From sequence record SRR20825006_1644: a DNA stretch of 53,680 nt. The stretch is one strand, 5' to 3'. A program made the translations under genes and the position numbers. Shown in pieces: positions 26,793 to 37,572 of the stretch (the stretch's first letter is position 1; the number at the start of each line of letters is the position of its first letter). The notes under the pieces were generated by a model. The model was not told where the DNA came from and did no database searches. It saw only the letters and a list, made by a program, of their open reading frames with translations.

Positions 26793-28051
26793 CAGGCAAA
26801 CAGCTCCTGTGTGGTTTTGATGGCGTTGACCAGCGCATCAATTTCCTGCTCGGTGTTATAAAACGCAAACGAAGCACGCGCGGTTGCGGCAATACCGAAG
26901 AATTCCATTACCGGTTGCGCGCAATGATGGCCGGCACGAATCGCCACACCCTGCTGATCAAAAATAGTACCGACATCATGCGGGTGCACATCTTCAATCA
27001 TGAATGAGAGCACGCTGGCTTTGTTTTTGGCAGTACCGATAATGCGAATACCATCAATCGCTTCCAGTTTCGCTGTCGCCACTTCCAGCAGGTGATGTTC
27101 ATAGGCAGCCAGTTTCTCAATGCCTATCGCCTGCATATAATCAATCGCTGCGCCCAGACCGACAGCCCCGGCAATATGCGGTGTGCCCGCTTCGAATTTA
27201 TACGGCAGCGTATTGTATTCGGTATGGGTAAAGCTGACCGACAGAATCATATCGCCCCCGCCCTGCCACGGTGGCATGGCTTCAAGCAAAGCCTGCTTGC
27301 CGTAGAGCGCACCGATGCCGGTAGGTGCAAACATTTTGTGACCGGAGAAAACGTAAAAGTCACAGTCCAGATCCTGCACATCGACCGCGAGATGGGGCAC
27401 AGCCTGAGCTCCGTCAACCAGTACCGGAATCGATTTGGCTTTGGCCTGGCCGATCATGGCCTTAATCGGATTAATGGTGCCAAGCGCATTGGACACATGA
27501 CCGATAGCCAGGATTTTAGTGCGCTCATTGAGCAGACTGTCCAGGTCGGTCAGATCCAGTTCGCCGGATTCAGTCATCGGAATGACTTTCAGCTTGGCAC
27601 CGGTCTGTTCGCAAACCATCTGCCACGGAACAATATTGGCGTGATGCTCAATATGGCTAATCAGAATTTCATCACCCGGCTTGATCTGCGGACGGACAAA
27701 ACTCTGCGCCACCAGATTAATCGCTTCGGTGGCACCACGGACAAACACAATTTCCTTATCCGATTTGGCATTAAGAAAGCCACGGACTTTGTCCCGTGCG
27801 CCTTCATAGGCGTCGGTTGCACGCTGACTCAGACGGTGCACACCGCGGTGGACATTGGCATTATCTACACGATAATAAGCATCGACTGCTTCAATCACCT
27901 GAATCGGTTTCTGACTGCTGGCCGCATTATCAAGATAAGCCAGTGGGTTGCCGTTCACTTCCTGATTCAGAATCGGAAAGTCACGTCTTATCGCCTCGAC
28001 ATCAAAGTCAGCTTCAGGAAATGGCACAGCTTGTAATTCGGTTTGTGTCAT
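26792..28051 (-). CDS. sufS: Cysteine desulfurase SufS
   Basis: YLDNAASSQKP, FSGHKM and RAGHHCAQP motifs. Confidence 0.96.
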   Translation of the reverse strand: MTQTELQAVPFPEADFDVEAIRRDFPILNQEVNGNPLAYLDNAASSQKPIQVIEAVDAYYRVDNANVHRGVHRLSQRATDAYEGARDKVRGFLNAKSDKEIVFVRGATEAINLVAQSFVRPQIKPGDEILISHIEHHANIVPWQMVCEQTGAKLKVIPMTESGELDLTDLDSLLNERTKILAIGHVSNALGTINPIKAMIGQAKAKSIPVLVDGAQAVPHLAVDVQDLDCDFYVFSGHKMFAPTGIGALYGKQALLEAMPPWQGGGDMILSVSFTHTEYNTLPYKFEAGTPHIAGAVGLGAAIDYMQAIGIEKLAAYEHHLLEVATAKLEAIDGIRIIGTAKNKASVLSFMIEDVHPHDVGTIFDQQGVAIRAGHHCAQPVMEFFGIAATARASFAFYNTEQEIDALVNAIKTTQELFA

Positions 28052-28055
28052 GCAA

Positions 28056-29357
28056 TCACGCCCCTTTCGGTAACCGTTTTTCTATGACATTCGACAAAGC
28101 CTGGCGCATCGGTTCTGATTTGATCCGCTGCAACACATCGACCGCAAAAGCATAGGTCAGCAGGCTTCGAGCGGCCATTTCATCGAGACCCCGGGTACGC
28201 AGGAAGAACAGATGTTGCTCATCAATCTGCCCCACAGTACTGCCGTGGGCACACTTGACGTCATCAGCATAGATTTCCAGTTCCGGCTTGGTATCAATTT
28301 CACAGCTGCGTGACAACAACAGGTTTTTGTTGCTCTGGCTGGAATCGGTTTTCTGCGCGTCCTGATGCACAATCACCTTGCCGTTAAACACCGCATGGCT
28401 GTTGCCATCCATCACGCCTTTGTAGACTTCATCACTGGTCGTGTTGGGCACGGTATGATCGATACGGGTATGGTTATCGACATGCTGATCACCCGTTACC
28501 AGATACAAACCATCCAGTGTCACGTGTGATTCTTCACCTAACAGCTGACTGTGAATATCGTTACGCGCCAGCTTGCCGCCAAGCGAGATATTGTTGGTAT
28601 TCCAGACACTGCCAGCCGCCTGTTTCGAGGCCAGCGTGGCAATATGATAATGCGCCAGGGACTCATGCTGCAGTTTGAAATGATTCAGCGTGGCTTTCTC
28701 CGCCAGTTTCACTTCAGTCACAACATCGGTGAAACCTTCAGTCTCGGACAGGCTGACGTAGTGTTCCAGAAGTGTCACCTCTGCATCAGAATCGACCTGA
28801 ACCAGATTGCGTAAGTGGCTGGCCAGCTTTTGGTTTTCAGCAGTGCTGATTACCAGTAACTCAATCGGTTTGCTGATTTTCTGACCGGCTTCGACATGCA
28901 GCACCATACCGTCATGCATCAGCATGGTGTTGATGGCATTCAGGCCCGGCTTTTCCAGATCAATCTGGTCGCCCAGCATGGTCTCTGCCTGTTCAAGCGC
29001 TTCAGCCAGCGGTTTAATCGATACACCGGCTTCAAGATTGTGAATTTCAGACAACTCCGCATTGAAGCGACCATCTATGATAACGAAGCGATAAGCATCT
29101 TCCATTGCGGCGACGTGGGCCAGTTCGGTCTTGTCCAGACTGACTTCATTGGCGTCATGACTGAAACCTTCCTGGCTCAGTTGCCACAGCGAAGTATATT
29201 TCCAGTCTTCAACTTTTTTTGCCGGCAGGCCGTGACGTTCAAACTGCGCTTTCGCCTGATCACGCAGTTGCTGCAACCAGCCAAGCTCTGCGCCCGGCAA
29301 TGGTCTTGCAGCGGCCACTTCGCCGAACGGCGTTGTGATCTCAGTTAACTGTTTCAT
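28056..29357 (-). CDS. sufD: Fe-S cluster assembly protein SufD
   Basis: [15 protein letters not shown] and [16 protein letters not shown] motifs. Confidence 0.95.
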   Translation of the reverse strand: MKQLTEITTPFGEVAAARPLPGAELGWLQQLRDQAKAQFERHGLPAKKVEDWKYTSLWQLSQEGFSHDANEVSLDKTELAHVAAMEDAYRFVIIDGRFNAELSEIHNLEAGVSIKPLAEALEQAETMLGDQIDLEKPGLNAINTMLMHDGMVLHVEAGQKISKPIELLVISTAENQKLASHLRNLVQVDSDAEVTLLEHYVSLSETEGFTDVVTEVKLAEKATLNHFKLQHESLAHYHIATLASKQAAGSVWNTNNISLGGKLARNDIHSQLLGEESHVTLDGLYLVTGDQHVDNHTRIDHTVPNTTSDEVYKGVMDGNSHAVFNGKVIVHQDAQKTDSSQSNKNLLLSRSCEIDTKPELEIYADDVKCAHGSTVGQIDEQHLFFLRTRGLDEMAARSLLTYAFAVDVLQRIKSEPMRQALSNVIEKRLPKGA

Positions 29358-30115
29358 GCGGTTTGACCTTCCGGTGCATCGTGAACCCAGCTGTAACCGG
29401 ATTTTTCCAGTTCCTTAGCCAGCTCTTTATCGCCGGATTTAACGATCTTGCCTTCTGACAATACGTGGACGAAATCCGGCACGATATGGTCCAGCAGGCG
29501 CTGATAGTGAGTAATCATAACGATTGAGCGGTCTTCGGTGCGAAGCGCATTAACGCCTTCTGCGACAACACGAAGCGCGTCAATGTCGAGACCAGAGTCA
29601 GTTTCATCAAGGATGGCCAATGCCGGTTCCAGCACCGCCATCTGCAGAATCTCGTTGCGTTTCTTCTCACCGCCCGAGAAACCTTCGTTCACGTTACGGT
29701 GCAAAAACTGCTCATCCATCTTGACCAATTTCATCCGGTCACGGACCAGATTCAGAAAATCAATGGCATCAACTTCATCCAGACCCTGATATTTACGCAC
29801 CGCATTGAGCGCTGCTTTCAGCAGATAGATATTGCTGACACCCGGGATTTCTACCGGATACTGGAATGCCAGGAAAACACCGCGCTGGGCACGCTCTTCC
29901 GGTTCCAGTTCCAGCAGGTTTTCACCTTTGTAGATGACCTCACCCTGGGTGACTTCATAGCCTTCACGGCCAGCGAGCACATTCGATAAGGTACTCTTAC
30001 CGGCACCGTTCGGTCCCATGATGGCGTGTACTTCGCCTGGATTGACTGTCATATTGATGCCGCGGAGGATTTCTTTTCCCTCTACGCTGGCATGCAGGTT
30101 TTTAATTTCTAACAT
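29354..30115 (-). CDS. sufC: Fe-S cluster assembly ATPase SufC
   Basis: [30 protein letters not shown] and LDETDSGLD motifs. Confidence 0.97.
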   Translation of the reverse strand: MLEIKNLHASVEGKEILRGINMTVNPGEVHAIMGPNGAGKSTLSNVLAGREGYEVTQGEVIYKGENLLELEPEERAQRGVFLAFQYPVEIPGVSNIYLLKAALNAVRKYQGLDEVDAIDFLNLVRDRMKLVKMDEQFLHRNVNEGFSGGEKKRNEILQMAVLEPALAILDETDSGLDIDALRVVAEGVNALRTEDRSIVMITHYQRLLDHIVPDFVHVLSEGKIVKSGDKELAKELEKSGYSWVHDAPEGQTA

Positions 30116-30160
30116 GTTTAGTCTCTATATTTCTGAAAATCTGGATGGGTTCTCGTTCGC

Positions 30161-31609
30161 TTAACCGACGGAACCTTCTAATGACAAACCGAGCAGGTTC
30201 TGTGCTTCTACTGCGAATTCCATCGGCAGTTCGCGAATTACCTGCTTGCAGAAACCATTCACAATCATGGAAACCGCGTCTTCGGTATCCAAACCACGCT
30301 GTTTACAGTAGAACAATTGGTCTTCGCTGATTTTTGACGTTGATGCCTCATGCTCGACTTTCGCTGTCGGGTTTTTCACCTCGATATACGGGAAAGTATG
30401 GGCACCGCACTTGTCCCCCATCAGCAACGAGTCACATTCGGTGTAGTTACGCGCGTTTTCGGCATTCGGACCGATACGGACCAGACCACGATAGGCGTTT
30501 TGCGAACGACCGGCTGAGATCCCCTTGGAGATGATGGTTGAGCTGGTGTTTTTGCCCAGATGAATCATCTTGGTGCCGGTATCGGCCTGTTGCATATTGT
30601 TGGTCAGGGCGACGGAGTAAAACTCGCCAATTGAATTATCACCCTGCAGGACGACACTGGGATATTTCCAGGTAATCGCTGAACCGGTTTCTACCTGGGT
30701 CCAGGACACTTTGGAATACTCACCGCGACAGGCGGCCCGTTTGGTCACAAAGTTATAAATGCCCCCCTTACCGTTTTCATCACCGGGATACCAGTTCTGA
30801 ACAGTGGAGTATTTAATCTGTGCACGGTCCATGGCAACTAACTCAACTACCGCTGCGTGCAGCTGATTCTCATCACGCATCGGTGCAGTGCAGCCCTCAA
30901 GGTAGCTCACATAAGAGTCATCATCTGCGACAATCAGCGTGCGTTCGAACTGCCCGGTATTGGCCGCATTGATACGGAAATAAGTCGACAGTTCCATTGG
31001 ACAACGCACACCCTTGGGAATGTAAACAAAAGAACCGTCACTGAAGACTGCCGAGTTCAGCGCTGCGTAATAGTTGTCCTTATAAGGCACGACACTGCCC
31101 AGGTATTTTTCAACCAGCTCCGGGTGCTCTTTGACGGCCTGCGAAATAGGCATAAAGATAATGCCCTCTTCTGCCAGTTTGTCCTGGAAGGTGCTGGCGA
31201 CAGACACACTGTCAAATACTGCGTCTACGGCCACACCGGCAAGACGGGCGCGCTCATCCAGCGGCACACCCAGTTTTTCGTAGGTACGCAACAGTTCCGG
31301 ATCAACTTCATCCAGACTTTTCGGGCCATCGTCTTTTTTCTTCGGCGCCGAGTAATAGCTGATTTGCTGATAATCGATCTCGGGATAATGCACATGTGCC
31401 CATTCCGGGGTATCCATCGTCAGCCAGTGGCGATAGGCTTTCAGACGCCACTCCAGCATAAACTCAGGCTCTCCCTTGATGCGGGATATTTCGCGGACAA
31501 CCTCTTCACTCAGACCGGGCGGCAGACTATCCGCTTCAATGTCGGTAACAAATCCGGCCTTGTATTCTCTCTGAGTAATCGACTCAAGTTGTTGACTTTG
31601 ATCAGTCAT
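30161..31609 (-). CDS. sufB: Fe-S cluster assembly protein SufB
   Basis: [24 protein letters not shown] and [10 protein letters not shown] motifs; start 31609 or 31621. Confidence 0.97.
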   Translation of the reverse strand: MTDQSQQLESITQREYKAGFVTDIEADSLPPGLSEEVVREISRIKGEPEFMLEWRLKAYRHWLTMDTPEWAHVHYPEIDYQQISYYSAPKKKDDGPKSLDEVDPELLRTYEKLGVPLDERARLAGVAVDAVFDSVSVASTFQDKLAEEGIIFMPISQAVKEHPELVEKYLGSVVPYKDNYYAALNSAVFSDGSFVYIPKGVRCPMELSTYFRINAANTGQFERTLIVADDDSYVSYLEGCTAPMRDENQLHAAVVELVAMDRAQIKYSTVQNWYPGDENGKGGIYNFVTKRAACRGEYSKVSWTQVETGSAITWKYPSVVLQGDNSIGEFYSVALTNNMQQADTGTKMIHLGKNTSSTIISKGISAGRSQNAYRGLVRIGPNAENARNYTECDSLLMGDKCGAHTFPYIEVKNPTAKVEHEASTSKISEDQLFYCKQRGLDTEDAVSMIVNGFCKQVIRELPMEFAVEAQNLLGLSLEGSVG

Positions 31610-32093
31610 GAAACTCACCATCCTGTATTGTTGCGTTACTCATCCCGGCTGCTGATGAGTAGAATCTAATTGGGCTCAACCCTGATGTATTCTGCGGTGC
31701 CAGCATATCTGACAGCTTGACTTCATCCAATGCATGAAACACCGCATTATTAATACGCGTCCAGTTGGTCTGTACCGCGCAATGTGTTTCCTGTTCACAG
31801 TGGCTTTCATTGCTGACACATTCGGTCAAAGCAATCGGGCCTTCAAGCGCCGTGATGATTTCTGCCACCGAAATCTGTTCCGGCACCCGGCTCAGGCTGT
31901 AGCCACCGGTCACGCCTCGCTCCGATTGCAGCAATCCACCATGAGACAGTGATTTCAGCACCTTCCTGACGGTAGGCAGCGGTACCTTCACCGCATCCGC
32001 AATAGCATGGGCACTGTGTTGCTCCAGGCGGTTAGTTGCCAGGTAGCTCATCAGCACAATGCCGTAATCCGTCAGTTTTCCCATTCGCAGCAT
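31602..32093 (-). CDS. Rrf2-family SUF operon regulator
   Basis: [15 protein letters not shown] and [12 protein letters not shown] three-Cys motif; heads the suf operon. Confidence 0.9.
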   Translation of the reverse strand: MLRMGKLTDYGIVLMSYLATNRLEQHSAHAIADAVKVPLPTVRKVLKSLSHGGLLQSERGVTGGYSLSRVPEQISVAEIITALEGPIALTECVSNESHCEQETHCAVQTNWTRINNAVFHALDEVKLSDMLAPQNTSGLSPIRFYSSAAGMSNATIQDGEFHD

Positions 32094-32103
32094 AGCTGAA
32101 CCT

Positions 32104-32134
32104 CCTAATTGGTACTATTATAGTATCAATTAGG
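32104..32134. promoter_or_regulatory. Palindromic operator of the suf operon
   Basis: CCTAATTGGTACTAT-T-ATAGTATCAATTAGG (15-1-15, one mismatch), overlapping the AGGAGG Shine-Dalgarno of the Rrf2 gene. Confidence 0.7.
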
Positions 32135-32280
32135 ATAATAACCAAGTGTTTTGCTCAGATATTGTCGCAGGCCAAGTGAAAATTTCGTTGATTTCGCGTA
32201 TGGTGATGAACTTTAAAACCTGCAATTGTACTAAATTCGGCAACGTCTATTGAGTTAAATTCCAACCAGAGAGCCAATAA

Positions 32281-32961
32281 ATGAAATTAAAAGCACTGAT
32301 TTTTTTACCCTTGTTATTTGGAGCAAACGTAATGGCTGATGATCACGCCGCAACCCTGGACTCGGAAAAACAGAAACTGAGTTATATCTTTGGTATTCAA
32401 GTCGGACAAAACATGATGCAGGAAGGCGTAGAGCTTGACCTGGATGCATTTAAAGCCGGTGTTGCCGATATGATGGCTGGCAAACAGCCACAGCTGGATC
32501 AGGAAACCGCTGAAAAAGTGATTCAGGAGTTCCAGGCACAGAAAGCCCAGGAAATGGCTAAAGTCATGAATGAAAAGCAGGCTGAAGCCAAAGCTTACAT
32601 GGCCGAAAATGCCAAGAAAGAAGGCGTTGTGACCACAGACAGCGGCCTGCAATACGAAATTATCAAAGAAGGTGATGGTGCGTCACCAACTGAAAACGAC
32701 AAAGTCATTGCGCATTACAAAGGGACTTTGCTCGACGGTACTGTATTCGATAGCTCATACGATCGTGGTGAGCCTGCAACCTTCCCCGTTAACGGCGTCA
32801 TTCAGGGCTGGCAGGAAGCACTGCAAATGATGAAGGAAGGTGGTAAATGGCGCATCGTCGTTCCCGCTAACCTGGCATACGGTCCCCGTGGTGCCGGTCA
32901 GTTGATTGGTCCTAACGAAACGCTGATTTTCGATATCGAATTGATCGCTATCACCAAATAA
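32281..32961 (+). CDS. FKBP-type peptidyl-prolyl isomerase (FkpA/Mip-like)
   Basis: Signal peptide, FKBP_N (KLSYIFG), SGLQYE, FDSSYDRG, VIQGWQE and LAYG motifs. Confidence 0.93.
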   Translation: MKLKALIFLPLLFGANVMADDHAATLDSEKQKLSYIFGIQVGQNMMQEGVELDLDAFKAGVADMMAGKQPQLDQETAEKVIQEFQAQKAQEMAKVMNEKQAEAKAYMAENAKKEGVVTTDSGLQYEIIKEGDGASPTENDKVIAHYKGTLLDGTVFDSSYDRGEPATFPVNGVIQGWQEALQMMKEGGKWRIVVPANLAYGPRGAGQLIGPNETLIFDIELIAITK

Positions 32962-32978
32962 AACAGCAATCTACTAAG

Positions 32979-33007
32979 AAAAAAGCCGCCTTCAGGCGGC
33001 TTTTTTT
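32979..33007. terminator. Bidirectional terminator
   Basis: AAAAAAGCCGCC-TTCA-GGCGGCTTTTTTT. Confidence 0.9.
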
Positions 33008-33010
33008 ATA

Positions 33011-33559
33011 TCAGTCGAGTAATTGTCTTAAATAATCCCATTCGAAAAACGGCCCCGGATCAGTCTTACGTTCCGGCGCGATATGTTCATGGCCGGTGAT
33101 TCGCTCATAATTCAGTTGTGGATAGCACTCACACAAGCAGGCAATGATTTCCGCCAGGCGATGATATTGCGCATCTTCATAAGGCTTTTCATCACAGCCT
33201 TCCAGCTCAATACCAATCGTGAAATCATTACAACGCTCCCTGCCCTGCCAGCTGGAAACACCGGCATGCCAGGCCCGTTTATGAAACGGCACAAACTGCA
33301 CCAGTTCCCCATTACGCCGGATTAGCAGATGCGATGAGACCCTAAGGTCACGCAACTGCTGAAAATAAGGATGCAGCGTGGTATCCAGTTGGTTAAGGAA
33401 TAAATCATCAATAAAATAGCCGCCAAATTCACCCGGTGGCAGACTGATATTGTGAATTACGATACCCTGAATATCCTCCGGGTCGGGTCGATCATCGTGG
33501 TTAGGTGAAAGAGAGAAAACAGCCTCTTTGCAAAGCCCTTCTGCTATATCAATATTCAA
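33011..33559 (-). CDS. ampD: 1,6-anhydro-N-acetylmuramyl-L-alanine amidase
   Basis: IHNISLPPG, RAWHAGVS, CNDFTIGIELEG and RKTDPG motifs; divergent from nadC. Confidence 0.95.
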   Translation of the reverse strand: MNIDIAEGLCKEAVFSLSPNHDDRPDPEDIQGIVIHNISLPPGEFGGYFIDDLFLNQLDTTLHPYFQQLRDLRVSSHLLIRRNGELVQFVPFHKRAWHAGVSSWQGRERCNDFTIGIELEGCDEKPYEDAQYHRLAEIIACLCECYPQLNYERITGHEHIAPERKTDPGPFFEWDYLRQLLD

Positions 33560-33636
33560 CTATCCCCTGCCTCATCATCGTGGATTATTCAGTCTTCACG
33601 CGTTACCCTATTAGGTTTTCAGCACAGAGTCTGTCA

Positions 33637-34479
33637 ATGAGCATTGTAAACCCCTTACCACCTGCGTTTATCGACTCCCAGGTCAAGCTTGCCCTGCTTG
33701 AAGATGTCGGTCAACAGGATTTAACTGCCAGGCTGATACCGGCTGATGCCATGGCAGAGGCACAGCTGATTACCCGTCAGAATGCCGTGCTCTGTGGCCG
33801 TGACTGGTTTGAAACCGTCTTTGCCCGGCTGGATGACAGGATTCAAATTGAATGGCTCGCCGCTGACGGTGATGCACTTACTGCTGATACGGTGATTTGC
33901 CGCCTCAAAGGCCCGGCCAGGAATATTTTGACCGGTGAGCGTACTGCAATGAACTTCCTGCAAACCTTGTCAGCTACCGCCACACTGGCAAAGCGTTATG
34001 CGGACGCCGTTGCCGGCCTGCCGGTAAAAGTACTTGATACCCGGAAAACCCTGCCGGGCTGGCGGGTGGCGCAGAAATACGCCGTTCGTTGCGGGGGGTG
34101 CTCTAATCATCGCTTTGGCCTTTATGACGGCATTCTTATCAAAGAAAACCATATCAATGCCGCAGGCTCGATTGCAGCTGCCGTTGCACAGGCACAATCC
34201 CTGAACGCCGATGTGGCTATCGAAGTGGAAGTCGAAAATCTCGATGAATTGAGCCAGGCACTGGAGGCTGGTGCCGATATCGTGCTGCTGGATAACTTTG
34301 AACTTGAAACTCTGCAACAGGCAGTCGCAATGACACAGAAGCGAGCTTTGCTGGAGGCTTCAGGCGGCATCAATCTGAGCAATATTCGTCAGATTGCTGA
34401 AACCGGCGTCGACAGGATTTCTGTGGGTGCCTTAACCAAAGATATTCAGGCGGTCGATTTGTCGCTGCGCTTTAATTAA
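33637..34479 (+). CDS. nadC: Quinolinate phosphoribosyltransferase
   Basis: ALLED, ERTAMNFLQ, DTRKTLPG, HRFGL, LIKENH and EASGG motifs; start set at ATG 33637. Confidence 0.96.
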   Translation: MSIVNPLPPAFIDSQVKLALLEDVGQQDLTARLIPADAMAEAQLITRQNAVLCGRDWFETVFARLDDRIQIEWLAADGDALTADTVICRLKGPARNILTGERTAMNFLQTLSATATLAKRYADAVAGLPVKVLDTRKTLPGWRVAQKYAVRCGGCSNHRFGLYDGILIKENHINAAGSIAAAVAQAQSLNADVAIEVEVENLDELSQALEAGADIVLLDNFELETLQQAVAMTQKRALLEASGGINLSNIRQIAETGVDRISVGALTKDIQAVDLSLRFN

Positions 34480-34513
34480 AAAAACCGCAGCCGGACAATG
34501 CCGGACTGCGGTT
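34478..34513 (-). terminator. Terminator between nadC and the second PepSY gene
   Basis: AACCGCAG...CTGCGGTT stem preceded by an A-run, giving a T-tail on the minus strand. Confidence 0.65.
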
Positions 34514-34532
34514 GAGAGTAAAACCTGTCGTA

Positions 34533-35033
34533 TTATTCAAGCCCGACTTGCCACAACTCCTTGTTGGTTTCTACCACCTTTCCGGTAGCGGCGTCGATTT
34601 CTATCTTGATCTCGCTGCCTTCCAGCGTATCGATATCAAATTCATACGATGACTTACCATCGGATTCGATTTCATACTCGACTTCAATAATCTCACCGGG
34701 ATAAAGCTTCAGCGCAATGTCTCTGGCTTCTTCTACATTGAACTTGACGTTTCTTTTGAACAGCGGGTGGTTGGGATGAGCAACCTCCTGTTCCAGTTCG
34801 ATCAACTCACCAGAAGACTTCAGGCACTCAACATCCCAGTCTTTGCCATCTATACCTCTGATATCAAACTCGTATACCTCACGCTCATTCTCAAGTTTCA
34901 GTTCGACTTTTATCACCTGCCCGTCACGGGCATTTAATGCCACTTTAAGACAATCTTCGAATCGTTGATTACTGTCAGCGGCAAAGCTGGCGGCAGGCCA
35001 CAATAAAATGGCCGAAAACAAAGTTTTTAACAT
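34533..35033 (-). CDS. Second tandem-PepSY (lanpepsy-like) periplasmic protein
   Basis: Signal peptide; aligns along its length with 7201-7755 (CL..AL, KVELK, YEFDI, VEC, PGE, IDAATG, EL..G.E). Confidence 0.75.
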   Translation of the reverse strand: MLKTLFSAILLWPAASFAADSNQRFEDCLKVALNARDGQVIKVELKLENEREVYEFDIRGIDGKDWDVECLKSSGELIELEQEVAHPNHPLFKRNVKFNVEEARDIALKLYPGEIIEVEYEIESDGKSSYEFDIDTLEGSEIKIEIDAATGKVVETNKELWQVGLE

Positions 35034-35050
35034 GCTTCATCCTGAAATAA

Positions 35051-35076
35051 ATTGGGCTGCCCGAAGGCAGCCCAAT
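35051..35076 (-). terminator. Hairpin/weak terminator between the TonB receptor and PepSY genes
   Basis: Minus strand ATTGGGCTGCC-TTCG-GGCAGCCCAAT-TTATTT. Confidence 0.65.
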
Positions 35077-35094
35077 GTAGAGCTCAAGCTTGGC

Positions 35095-37389
35095 TTACAG
35101 TGTCAGCTTGAAACCAATCCAACCCGCTCTTGGAGAACTGGCCCCGACAAAGCGCGGATCTTCAAAATCAACACCGGGCGCTTCATCAGGCTCACCATAA
35201 AGGCCAAAGGTGTTGTACTCGCTGTCAAACAGGTTGTCGACCTTGGCAAAAAACTGCAGATTATCGGTCACTTTGTAACGACCATGCAGGTTCACGACCT
35301 TGTAATGAGCAATTTTCTTATCGACATTGGCTTCATCACCACGGAAGTACTGGCTCGAATGATAAGAAGCGGTAAAGCCCAGTGACAATTTCTGCGTAAA
35401 GGCATAATCAGCACCAATCTTGATATTGTGCTCAGGAATACCCGGCAGTCTGTCACCTTCATCAACATTGAAGGTCACTACGTCATCATCGACTTCACGT
35501 GCATAAGAGAATTTATCCTCGAATGCTGCGCGGACATAAGCGTAGTTGGCAAACCAGCTCAGTTTATCAACCGTACCATCTGCACCCAGTTCCAGACCGG
35601 CACGAGAAGTTTCATCGATATTATCGAAAATACCCACGTTCAGACGTGGATCATCGACATCATCTTCAACTGCCGGGAAGAAGAACAGATCATCTTTAAG
35701 CTGGGTATAGAAGACACCGGCATTCCAGTTCACGTTGCCATTGCTGCCACGGAAACCGGCTTCAATGGTTCTGGCAACAATATCATCCAGCGGTGGATCA
35801 GCCAGGAAAGAGTTCGGCAATGCACAGGGATTGTCCTCATCAGCACAAGTCAGCTCGGACGGTGTCGGTGCACGATTGGACTCACTGTAGTTGGCATAAC
35901 CGGTCAGATTGTCTCTGAAGGCATATGTTGCACCTAATGACGGGTTAAAGCGGTTAAATACGTTACTGCCACCGCCTTCTGCCAAGTCCTGTTCGCCACC
36001 TTGACTGGTACCGGAAATATCAATATCGATACGGTTATAACGACCGGCCAGTGTTACTGCCAGGCGCTCGGTGACTGAGTGGGTATTGCTGAAATAGAGG
36101 CTGAATGTATCCGTCTCGATATCACCATCAACCACAGTGTCGTCGATGATAAAACCTGTCCCATCAGTACCGCGAGTTGAGGTGAAGCGGGCAATTTCGG
36201 ATTGCGAGCTGTAATCAACATCTGACTTGTCATAGCTGGCACCGACAATCAGTTGGTTTTCACGGCCAAACAGATCGTCCAGAAACGTCGTTTGCAAACC
36301 GAAACCATAACTGTCCTGCTCTGTTTCACTGGTGTTGTTCAATGCCACAAAGTCACCATCAGCAAAACCGAACTGCGTTCCGTCAACGATTACATCGCCA
36401 TCATCATCCTCGATGTTACCGCCACTGACCTCAAGCTCAGAACCATCCCCATTAAAGGTACTGCGATCACTGCTGCGATAATAGGTATTGGCTGACAGCA
36501 TGGTGGTGTCATCCAGCCAGTGGGTGCCGTTCAGCGTGAACATCCGCAGTTCATTCTGTGTATTATCAGGATGGGTGAAAACGGCTTCACGATCCTGAGC
36601 AACAAGCTCAACGGGTGATGCACCGTTACCATTCAAATCACTGTCAACGGCAGTGATACCAAAATCCAGAGTACTGTCTTCATTGGCGTAACTCAGTTTA
36701 GAAAAAAACTGTTCAACACGTGAAGGTGAAAAATCACGCCAGCCATCTTCTTTGGTGATAGAGCCGGTCACGTAGTAAGCAAAGTTACCGTCACTGCCAC
36801 CACTCTCAATAGTGCCTGAGTCGCGGCCGAATGAACCGGTATAAGCTTCGAGGCTGTGGCCGGCATGGGTGAAACCGTTTTTGGTTTGAATGGACAGCGC
36901 ACCACCGAGTGTATTCAGACCGAATACCGGGTTAGAACCGGGGATCAGGTTCATATTGGCAATCGCTGATTCTGGAATCAGTTCGAAGTTGATGGCATCA
37001 CCGAATGGTTCGTTAATACGGATGCCATCCATATAGACTGACAGGCCCTGTGAGTTACCCACCAGAGGTGATGCGGTAAAACCACGGAACTTCAGATCCG
37101 GTTGAAATGGATTGTTCTGGGCTGCGTTAAGGCTGACACTGCTTAGTGTCTTATTCATGAACTCTGACAAATCCATCGCTTGAACCCGCTCGATATCTTC
37201 GTCATTGGCTGACTGGATATTAGCGGGGATATCGTCTTCTGGTAAGCCAACACCTTGAATGGGTGTGGTACCGACGACTTCAATGTCACCCAATTGCACC
37301 TGATCCTCTTCTGCTGCGAGAAGTGGGGCTGAAACCAGCACCGTGGCCAGCATCAGACTCAATGCTTTCTTTTTATGCGGAACTTGCAT
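35095..37389 (-). CDS. TonB-dependent outer-membrane receptor
   Basis: Signal peptide, TonB box (DIEVVG), plug (FRGFTASPLVG..GLSVYMDGIRINEPFGD), NLFD motif and C-terminal beta strand. Confidence 0.93.
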   Translation of the reverse strand: MQVPHKKKALSLMLATVLVSAPLLAAEEDQVQLGDIEVVGTTPIQGVGLPEDDIPANIQSANDEDIERVQAMDLSEFMNKTLSSVSLNAAQNNPFQPDLKFRGFTASPLVGNSQGLSVYMDGIRINEPFGDAINFELIPESAIANMNLIPGSNPVFGLNTLGGALSIQTKNGFTHAGHSLEAYTGSFGRDSGTIESGGSDGNFAYYVTGSITKEDGWRDFSPSRVEQFFSKLSYANEDSTLDFGITAVDSDLNGNGASPVELVAQDREAVFTHPDNTQNELRMFTLNGTHWLDDTTMLSANTYYRSSDRSTFNGDGSELEVSGGNIEDDDGDVIVDGTQFGFADGDFVALNNTSETEQDSYGFGLQTTFLDDLFGRENQLIVGASYDKSDVDYSSQSEIARFTSTRGTDGTGFIIDDTVVDGDIETDTFSLYFSNTHSVTERLAVTLAGRYNRIDIDISGTSQGGEQDLAEGGGSNVFNRFNPSLGATYAFRDNLTGYANYSESNRAPTPSELTCADEDNPCALPNSFLADPPLDDIVARTIEAGFRGSNGNVNWNAGVFYTQLKDDLFFFPAVEDDVDDPRLNVGIFDNIDETSRAGLELGADGTVDKLSWFANYAYVRAAFEDKFSYAREVDDDVVTFNVDEGDRLPGIPEHNIKIGADYAFTQKLSLGFTASYHSSQYFRGDEANVDKKIAHYKVVNLHGRYKVTDNLQFFAKVDNLFDSEYNTFGLYGEPDEAPGVDFEDPRFVGASSPRAGWIGFKLTL

Positions 37390-37529
37390 TACTCATTACT
37401 CTCCCGAAAAGTTTTCATTATTATGGTTATAGTAAAACCGGGTTAATAATAAGCATGGACAATGCCAACTGAGAAAACTGTTTCGCGACAACCAGTTACA
37501 AACCAGCCCTGTAGCGCCTGAAGCAATAA

Positions 37530-37572
37530 TTGGTTGATATAAACCAACCAAAGTGGTTGATATCAACCACTT
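37530..37572. repeat. Tandem palindromes TGGTTGATAT(A/C)AACCA
   Basis: 37530-37547 (one mismatch) and 37551-37572 (perfect 22-bp palindrome); centres are 23 bp apart. Confidence 0.7.

Noticed and set aside
27092-31669. Long plus-strand ORFs (27092-28036, 30857-31669) and similar ones such as 52726-53436
   Set aside because: These are antisense shadows of well-conserved genes (sufS, sufB, dnaE) with no recognisable motifs.
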